A stretch of 64,000 nucleotides of DNA, from NCBI GenBank assembly GCA_003213495.1, contig QCMW01000001.1:926704-990703 (forward strand), read 5' to 3'. Position numbers and translations under genes: made by a program. This document shows, one piece after another, positions 11,259 through 21,393 of this stretch; positions within the stretch are counted from its first letter, which is position 1, and each line of letters starts with the position of its first letter. The stretch comes from SAR86 cluster bacterium AG-422-O05 (GTDB taxonomy: Bacteria > Pseudomonadota > Gammaproteobacteria > Magnimaribacterales > D2472). The notes below the pieces were generated by a model. It did no database searches. It had not been told where the DNA came from and saw only the letters and a list, made by a program, of their open reading frames with translations.

Positions 11259-13133
11259 ATGATGGAATCACTCAGAAATTTTCTCAGCGGCCCAAGATTA
11301 ATAATAGTTGTCTTGGTTTGCGCGCTACCGTTTGTTTTTTTAGGCACATCATCATTAACTTCAGTTTTTGGAGGTTCTTTTGGGACTATTAACGGTGAAG
11401 ACGTAACTGAAACAGATCTTCAATTAGCATCAAATACAGCAGTGCAACGATTTAAAAGCATTTATGGTGAAGAATTTGATTTCGATATGTTGGACGATGA
11501 TTTAAGAATGGAATCAATCAAGCAGGAACTCATTGTTCAAAAAGTTCTTCAATCGGGTGCTAGATCTTTAGGTCTTATAAATAATAATACAGTTGATGAG
11601 GCTAAAAAGAGTATTATCAGAAATCCTCAATTTCAAATTAATGGAATATTTGATGAAAATGTTTACGAGGCACAAGTTAATTCTAACGGATATACAAAAG
11701 AGGGATATATCGAGCTAATGACAAACCTTCTTGCTTCAGAGTTATATAGAAGTTCATTAACTGGACTAAATTTTGCAACCGATTATGAAATCTTTGAACT
11801 AACAAAGTTACTTGAAAAATCATCTGATATTGAATTCACAAAACTAAGTTATAACGGACTAAAAAATGAAATTGTTAATACATCAGATGAGTTAATGGAG
11901 TTTTATGACAACAATCAAATTTTATTTTTTTCAAGTGAAGAGAGATCTTTCAAATATATTCTTCTAAGTCAAGATTTATATAAAGATGATGTAGTTGTTC
12001 CTGAAAGCTACATTGAGGATGCATATAAAGAATATTTAGATAATTTCTCAAATTCTGCTCAAGTAAGGTTCTCGCATATCATGATAGAAAAAAGTAATTA
12101 TGAATCAAGAGATCTTGCTTTTGATGTTATCACCAAAGCTGAGGATTTAATTAACTCGGGTTTAGATTTCTCCAAAGTAGTTAGCGATTTTAGTGAAGAT
12201 ATTATTACGAAAGATATTGGTGGGGATTTGGAGTATTTTGATAGTGAAATTTTTCCTGAAGAATTTGGATTGGCAATTGCTAATTTAGGCCTTAATGAAA
12301 CAAGTGGTGTTATTGAGCTAGATGAAACTTTTCATATTCTTAAAGTTACTGAATTAAATGTGCAAGAGCCTTTAGCAGAATCACAAGTTAAAAATGAATT
12401 AATTAATGAACTTGTTGAGACTGAATCATATGCATTAATGAATGACGACTTTGATCTTATCGATGAAATGATTGCAGAAGGTAGTTCTATTGAGCAAATC
12501 GCAGAATATATTTCAAAAACTTTAGAAGAATCTGATTTATATACTCAAGAAAATTTTAGTTTTGATATAAAAAACTCAGAAATTAGAAATTACTTATTTT
12601 CACCAGATTCTAAAATGGCTGCACCATATGCAATTGAATTGGATGATATGGTAATAGTTATGTCATTAAATAATCTTATTGAGCCTGCGCTTATGAGCTA
12701 TCAAGAGGTTGCAGATAAAGTGGGTGAGTTGCTTGCAGAATCAAAAGCGGTAGACAAGCTTGATTTGTTAGAAGAAGAATTTAATTCAATAGCCGATGTA
12801 CAGGACAAACAAAGTTTTATAGAGACTTACAACTTTGTTACTACTGATACATTTGTTGATGTGAAAAGATATTCTTCTCTTTTACCACAAGAAGTTTTGT
12901 CTGCTGTTTTCAATGCTAAAGCAGGCGAAGTTTTAAAAGTTAATGCACAAAATGGTGATAAATATTTTGTTGATATCGTAGCTTTCAAACAACCGAACGA
13001 ATCTGAAATTAATGAAATAATTGAGGAATATAAGTCATTCGCACAAGAAAGATCTGCTTCAAAAATGTCAGAGGTAATTAATGAAGACGTTTTTGAATCA
13101 GCTAGAGTAAACTTAAACAACCTAATTTTTTAA
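11259..13133 (+). CDS. ppiD: periplasmic chaperone / peptidyl-prolyl isomerase PpiD
   Basis: 624 aa. N-terminal membrane anchor (IIVVLVCALPFVFLG), SurA-N-like region, central parvulin-like domain (RFSHIMIE...GGDLEYF), and position after hupB. Confidence 0.8.
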   Translation: MMESLRNFLSGPRLIIVVLVCALPFVFLGTSSLTSVFGGSFGTINGEDVTETDLQLASNTAVQRFKSIYGEEFDFDMLDDDLRMESIKQELIVQKVLQSGARSLGLINNNTVDEAKKSIIRNPQFQINGIFDENVYEAQVNSNGYTKEGYIELMTNLLASELYRSSLTGLNFATDYEIFELTKLLEKSSDIEFTKLSYNGLKNEIVNTSDELMEFYDNNQILFFSSEERSFKYILLSQDLYKDDVVVPESYIEDAYKEYLDNFSNSAQVRFSHIMIEKSNYESRDLAFDVITKAEDLINSGLDFSKVVSDFSEDIITKDIGGDLEYFDSEIFPEEFGLAIANLGLNETSGVIELDETFHILKVTELNVQEPLAESQVKNELINELVETESYALMNDDFDLIDEMIAEGSSIEQIAEYISKTLEESDLYTQENFSFDIKNSEIRNYLFSPDSKMAAPYAIELDDMVIVMSLNNLIEPALMSYQEVADKVGELLAESKAVDKLDLLEEEFNSIADVQDKQSFIETYNFVTTDTFVDVKRYSSLLPQEVLSAVFNAKAGEVLKVNAQNGDKYFVDIVAFKQPNESEINEIIEEYKSFAQERSASKMSEVINEDVFESARVNLNNLIF

Positions 13134-13144
13134 GAGGATTTGTT

Positions 13145-14758
13145 ATGCTAAAAAAATTATCTATAACTTTAATATTTTTTATTTTAATAGCAGGATGTTC
13201 AGGTAGCGATAACTCGCCAGTTGATTCTGGTCTTGAAAAAGGGATATTTCATTTTGGCAATGGTTCTGAACCTCAAGGAATAGATCCGCATGTTGTTACA
13301 GGCGTGCCTGAGCACCACATTTTAATATCATTATGTGAAGGCTTGACTATTGCAAATCCTGATGGTGGACCTAATCTGCCTGGCGTTGCAGAATCATGGA
13401 CTATTAGCAATGATGGTAAAGAATATATTTTTTATTTAAATAAGAATGCTAAATGGTCAAACGGTGAGGTCATGACAGCAGACGACTTTGTATGGTCGTG
13501 GATGCGAATTCTTACTGCAAGTCTAGGTTCGCAGTATCCAGACATGCTTTATTATTTAGAAGGTGCTGAAGAATATCATACTGGCAAAATTACAGATTTT
13601 AATGAAGTTGGTATAAAAGCAATTGATGACCATACTCTCAAGGTAAATTTAAAGAGCCCCACACCATTTTTTCTTGGGCTTTTAAGCCATTACAGTACAT
13701 GGCCTGTTCACAAAGAAACTGTATTAAAACATGGCTCGATTGATGACAGAACTGGTGAATGGACCAGACCAGGTAATTTTGTTTGCAATGGACCCTTTCA
13801 ATTAAAAACCTGGGAACTCAACAATAAAATTGTTGTTGAAAAAAATCCACATTATTGGGATGCTGAAACTGTAAAATTAAATGAAATGCATTTTTATCCT
13901 GTCTCAAATGTCATGACTGAAGATAGAATGTTTAGAGCAGGTCAGTTACATTTAACCTCAACTTTACCATCACAAAAATGTCCAATTTATATTGAGGAAA
14001 ATAATCCTGATCTTCGTATCGATCCTTATATGGGACAATATTTTTATAGATTAAATATTAATAATCCATATTTAAAAGACGTAAAAGTAAGAAAGGCTTT
14101 AGCTTACTCAATCAATAGAAAACTCTTAGTTGAAAGAGTAACAAGGTGTGGCCAAATACCAGCATATTCGTTTACTCCTCCTGGTTCAAATGGCTATTAC
14201 CCAGATACTGAATTACCTTTTAATCCTGAACTTGCAAAGCAGTTGATGGCTGAGGCAGGATATTCAGAATCAAATCCTTTTCCAAAACTTGAAATTTTAT
14301 TTAACACAAATGAGGATCATCGAAAAATAGCACTTGCAATTCAACAGATGTGGCAAGAAAATTTAGGCATTCAAGTCGAACTTGTAAACCAAGATTGGAA
14401 AGTATACTTAAGCAGAGAAATGGTTGGAGATTTCCAAGTTTCAAGAGCTGGATGGATTGGTGATTATGAAGATCCAAATACTTTTTTGGATTTAATGCGA
14501 CCTAACAGAGGTAATAATAAAACTGGTTGGGAAGATCTTGAATATGATTTTGTCATGCAAAAAGCTAATTCAACAAATAATCAAGAGGAAAGATATGAAC
14601 TTTTGATGGAGGCTGAAAGAATTCTAATTAAAAATATGCCGATAATACCTTTATACACTTATGTAAGGGCTTATCAGTTATCTCCTGATGTTAAAGGCTA
14701 TAAACCTCATATTCTTGACCACCATCATCCTAAGTTTATTTATTTAGAAAGAGATTAA
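13145..14758 (+). CDS. ABC transporter substrate-binding lipoprotein, family 5 (oligo/dipeptide type)
   Basis: 537 aa. Lipobox LIAGCSG and SBP_bac_5-type blocks (AESW..S.DGK.Y.F.L...AKWSNG...TA.DF). Confidence 0.8.
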   Translation: MLKKLSITLIFFILIAGCSGSDNSPVDSGLEKGIFHFGNGSEPQGIDPHVVTGVPEHHILISLCEGLTIANPDGGPNLPGVAESWTISNDGKEYIFYLNKNAKWSNGEVMTADDFVWSWMRILTASLGSQYPDMLYYLEGAEEYHTGKITDFNEVGIKAIDDHTLKVNLKSPTPFFLGLLSHYSTWPVHKETVLKHGSIDDRTGEWTRPGNFVCNGPFQLKTWELNNKIVVEKNPHYWDAETVKLNEMHFYPVSNVMTEDRMFRAGQLHLTSTLPSQKCPIYIEENNPDLRIDPYMGQYFYRLNINNPYLKDVKVRKALAYSINRKLLVERVTRCGQIPAYSFTPPGSNGYYPDTELPFNPELAKQLMAEAGYSESNPFPKLEILFNTNEDHRKIALAIQQMWQENLGIQVELVNQDWKVYLSREMVGDFQVSRAGWIGDYEDPNTFLDLMRPNRGNNKTGWEDLEYDFVMQKANSTNNQEERYELLMEAERILIKNMPIIPLYTYVRAYQLSPDVKGYKPHILDHHHPKFIYLERD

Positions 14759-14764
14759 TTTCTG

Positions 14765-15688
14765 ATGCTTGCTATTTTTTTTAAAAGAATACTGCTTGCA
14801 ATACCGGTATTATTTGCTGTAGCTACAATTACATTTTTTTTAATAAAAATTGCTCCTGGAGGACCTTTTGATGCCGATAGAGCAGTTTCTCCACAGGTGC
14901 TTAAAAATTTAAATGAAGCTTATAATTTAAATGCTTCAAATTGGCAACAGTATGTTGATTACATGTCCGGATTGCTTAGAGGGGATTTAGGTCCTTCATT
15001 TCGTTTCCCAGGAAGGTCTGTCAGTGAAATGATAGCAACAGGATTACCTGTTACTTTTGAGCTAGCATTTTATGCAATTTTAATAGCGCTAGTTATGGGA
15101 GTTTTTTCTGGTGTATTAGCAGCATTAAAAAGAAATACATTTTTGGATTTTATACCTATGTCAATCGCGATGATAGGAATATGCGTGCCAACTTTTTTAA
15201 TGGGACCATTATTAGTTTTGATTTTTGGCATTAATTTAGAAGTTCTACCTGTATCTGGTTGGGGTCAGTTACCTGGTGATAAAATTCTTCCCTCTTTGAC
15301 GTTAGGTTTTGCATACGCTGCTTATATTGCAAGACTTAGTAGAGGAGGCATGCTAGAGGTTCTTAATCAAGACTTCATAAGAACTGCTAGAGCAAAAGGC
15401 CTCACTGAAAGAATGGTGGTTGTTAAACATGCTATGCAAGGCGGTCTAATCCCAGTTGTATCTTTTCTTGGTCCTGCGATTGCAGGTCTTTTGGCTGGGT
15501 CATTTGTGGTTGAAACAATCTTCCAAATCCCTGGACTTGGAAGGTTTTACGTAGAGGCAGCATTCAATAGAGATTACACAATGATTTTGGGTACCACAAT
15601 ATTTTTCTCAGCGATGATTGTTTTCTTTAATTTAATGTCAGACTTAGCCTCACTGTGGCTCAATCCAAGATCAAGAGATGCATCATGA
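14765..15688 (+). CDS. ABC transporter permease (OppB/DppB type)
   Basis: 307 aa, multi-TM, with the EAA-loop region FIRTARAKGL.ER.V..KHA. Confidence 0.85.
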   Translation: MLAIFFKRILLAIPVLFAVATITFFLIKIAPGGPFDADRAVSPQVLKNLNEAYNLNASNWQQYVDYMSGLLRGDLGPSFRFPGRSVSEMIATGLPVTFELAFYAILIALVMGVFSGVLAALKRNTFLDFIPMSIAMIGICVPTFLMGPLLVLIFGINLEVLPVSGWGQLPGDKILPSLTLGFAYAAYIARLSRGGMLEVLNQDFIRTARAKGLTERMVVVKHAMQGGLIPVVSFLGPAIAGLLAGSFVVETIFQIPGLGRFYVEAAFNRDYTMILGTTIFFSAMIVFFNLMSDLASLWLNPRSRDAS

Positions 15689-16536
15689 ATAGTAATTCTT
15701 TGTGGTCTGATGCATTTTATAGATTAAGAAGAAATAAAGCTGCTATGTTTGGAGGCTTTATACTAATTTTACTCATTGTTGTTGCAATATTAGCTCCATG
15801 GATTGCTCCTTACTCATATTCATATCAAGATTTAAATCTTGGGGCCAGTCCACCATCCTCTGAGCATTTTTTAGGAACAGATGTATTAGGTAGGGATCTT
15901 CTAAGCAGGATTTTATATGGCGCAAGAATTTCATTATTGGTGGGATTTGTTGCCACTGCAGTTGCATTAATTATTGGAGTTTCATGGGGTATAGTGGCGG
16001 GCTATGCCGGTGGAAGAGTTGACTCAATAATGATGAGAATAGTTGATGTTTTATATGGATTACCTTTTATCATTTTCATTATTCTTCTTATGGTAATTTT
16101 TGGTAGGAATCTATGGCTTTTATTTGGAGCAATTGGAGCTGTGGAGTGGCTTACGATGGCTAGGATTGTAAGAGGTCAGGTTATTGGATTAAAAAATCAA
16201 GAATTTGTTTTGGCAGCCAAGGCTATGGGAGTATCAAATTTTTCTATGTTTAGAAGACATCTATTACCAAATATTTTAGGCCCTATTGCAGTCTATGCGA
16301 CTTTAACAATACCACAGGTAATGTTGCTCGAAGGCTTTTTAAGTTTTCTTGGTCTTGGAATTCAGCCTCCAATGAGTAGTTGGGGGACTCTTATAAAAGA
16401 TGGTGTCGAATCTATGGAAGAATATAGTTGGTTGTTAATTTATCCAGGCATTACTTTTACAATTACATTATTTGCACTTAATTTCTTTGGAGACGGCTTA
16501 AGAGACGCGCTTGATCCAAAGACATCAGATAACTAA
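15685..16536 (+). CDS. ABC transporter permease (OppC/DppC type)
   Basis: The ORF track starts at 15655, but the likely start is ATG at 15685, which forms an ATGA overlap with the upstream stop. Blocks: HFLGTD.LGRD.LSR..YGAR.SL and the EAA loop. Confidence 0.85.
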   Translation: MNSNSLWSDAFYRLRRNKAAMFGGFILILLIVVAILAPWIAPYSYSYQDLNLGASPPSSEHFLGTDVLGRDLLSRILYGARISLLVGFVATAVALIIGVSWGIVAGYAGGRVDSIMMRIVDVLYGLPFIIFIILLMVIFGRNLWLLFGAIGAVEWLTMARIVRGQVIGLKNQEFVLAAKAMGVSNFSMFRRHLLPNILGPIAVYATLTIPQVMLLEGFLSFLGLGIQPPMSSWGTLIKDGVESMEEYSWLLIYPGITFTITLFALNFFGDGLRDALDPKTSDN

Positions 16537-18002
16537 AAAGCTCTTATTGCTACTTTAATAATTTGACCAGGCATTAGTATTGGATTTTTAAAATTATTGA
16601 TCTCTTCAATGCTTTTGATTGAAACATCAAATAACTCAGATATTTTATATAAATTATCTCCCTGTTTAACTGAATACAGTATTGTTCTTTTTTTTGATTC
16701 AATATTTCTATGGATATTTTTATTACCTATGGTCAACTGCTGTCCTAGTTGAAGATAATCATCTTGATTAATAGAATTCATGCTAGTTAGATCTCTAATG
16801 TCTAAATTATATTCTGCAGCAATGCTCCATAAAGTATCTCCTTCAGAAACAATATGCATTTCATATGGTATGAAATTATTTGATTTAGTTTTTCCAAGAG
16901 GTACTAAAAGTGTATCTCCGATTGAAAGTAGATCACTCCTTAAATAGTTTATTTCTTTAATTATTTTTACCTCGGTCTCGTATTTTGAAGCCAATGACCA
17001 TAAATTATCGCCTTCCTCAACGATATGCGATATCCAATTAATTGCTTTTGTTTTTCTGAAGGGATTAGTCTCATCTTCAAAAAGATAATATTTTTCTATA
17101 GGTATAAAGAAGATGCTTTGATCTTCTGGTGCTGATGCCCATTTTGTATATCCAGCGTTTAATTTATAGAGTAGTTCAGGCTTTATATCTAAAAAATCAC
17201 TCAAAGTAAGTATTTCTACTTGACCAGGGATAACTACTTTAATTACCACAGGCTCATAAGGTATATCAGGAAGGTTGACACCATAATTAGTTGAGTTAAA
17301 TACTAATTCCCTTAATGCTAGGTATTTTGGAATATAGTCCCTTGTTTGGTTGGGTAAATCAAGTGACCAAAAATCTGTTTTTAAGCCTTTACGTTTATTT
17401 TGTTTGATTCTTTTATCCAACAAAGATGGACCAGCGTTGTATGCTGCAAGCGTCAATAGAATATCTTTATCAAATCTGACATAAAGATATTTGAGATATT
17501 CAATAGCTGCCTCGGTAGATTGATATGGGTCATGTCTATCTTCATTCCACCATGACCTATTTAATTTATAAAAACGTCCAGTTCTTGGCATGAATTGCCA
17601 CATACCAACTGCGCCAGATGCAGAAATAGAAAATGGATCATAATTACTTTCAATGTAAGGAATTAAAGAAAGCTCCAAAGGAAGATTAGCTTTTTCTAGT
17701 TCATTAATAACAAAGTATAAGAAATAATATGAGTCGTTTAGATATTCTGTAAATTTTTCACCATCTTTCAAATGCATATTCATATAAAAAAGCGTTCTTT
17801 CATTAAGAGAGTAGTCGCTTGATTCGGTATTATTTAAAACAAGATATTGCCAAATATCATATGAGGTATAAAGATTTGAATTAGTATCTTCGGTTGGAAT
17901 GTCGTCGCTAGTTTCAGTTGTATTAGGACCATTCACCTGCAGCTGTTGACATCCAGCAGTCACTAAAATAACTGTTAAAACAATTAAAAGTTGTCTTTCC
18001 AT
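16533..18002 (-). CDS. mltD: membrane-bound lytic murein transglycosylase D-like lipoprotein with LysM repeats
   Basis: 489 aa. Lipobox VTAGC, SLT catalytic block IPYIESNYDP...SGAVGMWQFMP, and three C-terminal LysM-like repeats (V.EGD.LW.LA, VSEGDTLWSIA, VKQGDNLYKIS). Confidence 0.8.
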   Translation of the reverse strand: MERQLLIVLTVILVTAGCQQLQVNGPNTTETSDDIPTEDTNSNLYTSYDIWQYLVLNNTESSDYSLNERTLFYMNMHLKDGEKFTEYLNDSYYFLYFVINELEKANLPLELSLIPYIESNYDPFSISASGAVGMWQFMPRTGRFYKLNRSWWNEDRHDPYQSTEAAIEYLKYLYVRFDKDILLTLAAYNAGPSLLDKRIKQNKRKGLKTDFWSLDLPNQTRDYIPKYLALRELVFNSTNYGVNLPDIPYEPVVIKVVIPGQVEILTLSDFLDIKPELLYKLNAGYTKWASAPEDQSIFFIPIEKYYLFEDETNPFRKTKAINWISHIVEEGDNLWSLASKYETEVKIIKEINYLRSDLLSIGDTLLVPLGKTKSNNFIPYEMHIVSEGDTLWSIAAEYNLDIRDLTSMNSINQDDYLQLGQQLTIGNKNIHRNIESKKRTILYSVKQGDNLYKISELFDVSIKSIEEINNFKNPILMPGQIIKVAIRAF

Positions 18003-18748
18003 TTTCTTAATGCTGAAAAAGTTTCTTCTTCATTTCCTTCAAGATTAAATTTATTTTTAATTGTATTTTTAATTCCTTCAGAATTACATCTTAAAAAAGG
18101 ATTTATTTTGAGTTCTTTTGAAATTGTGGTTGGAAGAGTTGGCTCTCCTTGCTCAATTAAATTGATTACTTGGTTGTATTCATCTTTTAAATCTTTATTA
18201 TTCGGGTCTGCTTCTAGTGCAAATAAAAGATTAGAATTCGTATACTCATGTCCACAATAAACCTCAGTAGTTTCTGGTAAAGTGCACAATTTTTGTAAAG
18301 AATTAAACATTTGAGAAAATGTTCCCTCGAATACTCTTCCACATCCGCCTGCGAAGAGTGTATCTCCACATAGTAAAACTGGATTACCATTATTAAAGGT
18401 ATAAAAAGCGATATGATCAAGTGTATGTCCAGGTATTTCAAGGACTTCAAAATGAATTCCAATTAAATCAAATTGATCAGAATCTCCAACTATATTATTA
18501 ATTTCGCTTATATTATTTTTTGGGCCAAATACTTTTAGATTCTTTTTTTCTATTAATTCTGACAGGCCATTAGTATGATCATAATGATGATGAGTAATTA
18601 GAACACCTTCTAAATTAATTGCTTGATTATCAATTAATTTAATAATCTCAGTTGCATCTCCAGGGTCGACCACGACAGACTTATTATTTTTAGTCATCAA
18701 CCAGATATAATTATCATCAAATGCTTTTATAGGCTCTATAATTAACAT
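17984..18748 (-). CDS. gloB: hydroxyacylglutathione hydrolase (glyoxalase II)
   Basis: 254 aa. Metallo-beta-lactamase motif THHHYDH, plus GHT.DH and CGHEYT. The gene overlaps the mltD start by 19 nt. Confidence 0.85.
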   Translation of the reverse strand: MLIIEPIKAFDDNYIWLMTKNNKSVVVDPGDATEIIKLIDNQAINLEGVLITHHHYDHTNGLSELIEKKNLKVFGPKNNISEINNIVGDSDQFDLIGIHFEVLEIPGHTLDHIAFYTFNNGNPVLLCGDTLFAGGCGRVFEGTFSQMFNSLQKLCTLPETTEVYCGHEYTNSNLLFALEADPNNKDLKDEYNQVINLIEQGEPTLPTTISKELKINPFLRCNSEGIKNTIKNKFNLEGNEEETFSALRKWKDNF

Positions 18749-18770
18749 ATGGTGATTCTAATTTAATTTT

Positions 18771-19202
18771 ATGAAAACAGTAAATATTTATACTGATGGA
18801 GCATGCAGAGGTAATCCAGGTATTGGTGGTTGGGGAGTGCTCATCGAGTTTGGAGATATTTCTAAAGAGCATTTCGGAGGAGAAAATAATACAACTAATA
18901 ACAAAATGGAATTAAAGGCTGCTATTGAAGGTCTTAAACTTTTAAAGGAACCATGCAATGTAAATCTTACTACTGACTCTAAGTATGTGATGCAAGGCAT
19001 AACTAGTTGGATAGATAAATGGAAAAAAAATAATTGGAAAAATGCTTCTAAAAAAGATGTAAAAAATAAAGATTTATGGATAGAGCTTGATAAATATGCA
19101 GCTAAACATAATGTAAAATGGCATTGGGTAAAAGGACATGCCGGTCATGAAAAAAACGAAATAGCAGATGCTCTTGCAAACAAAGGAATAGATAGCTTAT
19201 AA
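18771..19202 (+). CDS. rnhA: ribonuclease HI
   Basis: 143 aa. [42 protein letters not shown]. Confidence 0.9.
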   Translation: MKTVNIYTDGACRGNPGIGGWGVLIEFGDISKEHFGGENNTTNNKMELKAAIEGLKLLKEPCNVNLTTDSKYVMQGITSWIDKWKKNNWKNASKKDVKNKDLWIELDKYAAKHNVKWHWVKGHAGHEKNEIADALANKGIDSL

Positions 19203-19203
19203 G

Positions 19204-19923
19204 ATGCCAAAAAAATATATTGTACTTGACACTGAAACAACTGGCTTAGAAGTAAAGCAAGGTCATCGTATAATTGAAATAGGCGCTGTTCTTGTAAATA
19301 ATAGAGTTAAATCAGATCAACATTTTCATAGCTACTTAAATCCACAAAGATCTATTGATGAAAAAGCTTATGAAGTTCACGGCATTTCTCTTGAATCACT
19401 TGAAGATAAGCCGCTATTTGAAGAGGTTGCTGAAGACTTTATTCAATTTGTTGAGGGGTCAACCCTAGTTATTCATAATGCTCCGTTTGATTTGGGGTTT
19501 TTGAATAATGAACTTAAATTGGCTTCATCAAAGTATCCGAAATTAGAAGAAATATGCGAGGTTGAGGATTCACTTGAAATTGCTCGTGAAAAACATCCAG
19601 GACAAAGAATTTCTTTAGATGCCTTAGCATCAAAATATAACGTTAGCGGTTATAATAGAACATTTCATGGGGCCCTATTAGATGCAAATATTCTTGCAGA
19701 TGTATATATGCAATTAACTGGAGGTCAAAGTAAGTTTGAGTTTGCCTCAAATTCTGTCAAAAAAACTTTAGCAGATAATGGAGTTCAAGATATTCAGATA
19801 GATGATGGCTTTACTCCAGTTACTATTGAATCTTCCAAAGATGAAATTCTTGAGCATGAAAAAAAATTATCTGAAATCGAGACTAAACATGATCTTAAAA
19901 CAATATGGAGAAAATTTCAGTGA
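19204..19923 (+). CDS. dnaQ: DNA polymerase III epsilon subunit (3'-5' exonuclease)
   Basis: 239 aa. Exo I VLDTETTGL, Exo II HNAPFD.GFL, Exo III HGALLDA..LA.VY. Confidence 0.9.
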   Translation: MPKKYIVLDTETTGLEVKQGHRIIEIGAVLVNNRVKSDQHFHSYLNPQRSIDEKAYEVHGISLESLEDKPLFEEVAEDFIQFVEGSTLVIHNAPFDLGFLNNELKLASSKYPKLEEICEVEDSLEIAREKHPGQRISLDALASKYNVSGYNRTFHGALLDANILADVYMQLTGGQSKFEFASNSVKKTLADNGVQDIQIDDGFTPVTIESSKDEILEHEKKLSEIETKHDLKTIWRKFQ

Positions 19924-21311
19924 GTAAGGTTGTAACAAGATTTGCTCCAAGCCCAACTGGAACTCTTCACATTGGAGGAGTGAGGACAGCATTATTTAAT
20001 TATATATATGCAAAACAAAATAATGGAGAGTTCCTGATAAGAATAGAGGATACAGATAGAGAAAGATCAACTAAAGCTTATGAAAAAAATATTTTAGATA
20101 CACTTTCTTCTATAGGTCTTTCACCAGATAAAAAACCAATTAATCAATCGGAAAGAAATGATATTTATATTAAGGCAGCTGAGCAAATAATCGCATCAGG
20201 TGATGCATATTGGTGTGATTGTTCTGAAGAAGAACTAGAAAAGATGCGAAATCAACAGATGGCTGACGGGGAAAAGCCTATGTACGATGGCAGAAGTAGA
20301 AATCTTGGATTAGAACGTTCCTCGAACACAGTACTAAGACTCGCCACACCAGAAGATGGTGAAATTGTTATGCATGACATAATAAGAGGAGAGATTAGAT
20401 TTAATAATGCTGAATTAGACGATTTGATTTTATTGAGAAGCGATGGAACACCAACATATCATTTGTGTAATGTTGTAGACGACTTTGAACAAGGCGTAAC
20501 AGCTGTAATAAGAGGGGAAGACCATATTTCAAACACACCAAGACAAATACATATACAAAATGCTTTAGGATACCCAGCGCTTGAATATGCTCATCTTCCA
20601 TTGGTTTTAGGACCGGATAAAAAAAGATTGTCTAAAAGACATGCAGCAACCAGTTTAGAGGAATATAAAGATATGGGTTATTTAGATTCAGCAATTCTCA
20701 ATTCATTAGCAAGACTTGGATGGTCAGGTGGTGATAAAGAGGTCTTTTATATGGATGATTTGCTCAAAGATTTTAATATCAAAGATGTCCAAAAAGCTGG
20801 AGCTATTTTTGATGTTACTAAACTGGATTGGTTAAATGCACAACATTTAGCAAATTTATCGCTTGAAGAATTTAAGGAGCACATCAAACCATTTGCACAT
20901 AAAATTGATATAGATATAAACGATCACCCAAATACAGACTTACTCATTGCCTCAATGAGAACTTTTGATAATACTTTATCTGATATAGCTAGAGCACTTA
21001 GACCATATTTTAAGGATGTTGGAGAGTATGATAAAAACGCTATAGATAAATTTTTATCAAATGGAACTAAAGTTCTTGAAGATATTCACGAATTGTTACA
21101 AACCATTTCTGATTGGAATGAGGAAGAAATCGATTTAATGCTAAAAGAATATCAAGCGAGAAACAACTTGAAAGTACCAGAAGTTAACCAACCAATTAGA
21201 ATTGCTTTAACGGGTTCTACTAAGTCACCATCATTAGGTTTAACTTTATCCTTATTTGATAAAAAAGAATCACTCAAAAGAATAGAGAAACTTATAAGTT
21301 TTTTAAACTAA
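19905..21311 (+). CDS. gltX: glutamate--tRNA ligase
   Basis: 468 aa. RFAPSPTGTLHIGG (HIGH motif) and RLSKRH (KMSKS motif). The gene overlaps dnaQ by 19 nt. Confidence 0.9.
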   Translation: MEKISVSKVVTRFAPSPTGTLHIGGVRTALFNYIYAKQNNGEFLIRIEDTDRERSTKAYEKNILDTLSSIGLSPDKKPINQSERNDIYIKAAEQIIASGDAYWCDCSEEELEKMRNQQMADGEKPMYDGRSRNLGLERSSNTVLRLATPEDGEIVMHDIIRGEIRFNNAELDDLILLRSDGTPTYHLCNVVDDFEQGVTAVIRGEDHISNTPRQIHIQNALGYPALEYAHLPLVLGPDKKRLSKRHAATSLEEYKDMGYLDSAILNSLARLGWSGGDKEVFYMDDLLKDFNIKDVQKAGAIFDVTKLDWLNAQHLANLSLEEFKEHIKPFAHKIDIDINDHPNTDLLIASMRTFDNTLSDIARALRPYFKDVGEYDKNAIDKFLSNGTKVLEDIHELLQTISDWNEEEIDLMLKEYQARNNLKVPEVNQPIRIALTGSTKSPSLGLTLSLFDKKESLKRIEKLISFLN

Positions 21312-21393
21312 AAAATTCATTTACAAAATTGGACATTAGATAGAATTAGTGCCTATAATTAGCTAAATCTATACACTATATAGAGGGGAAAAT

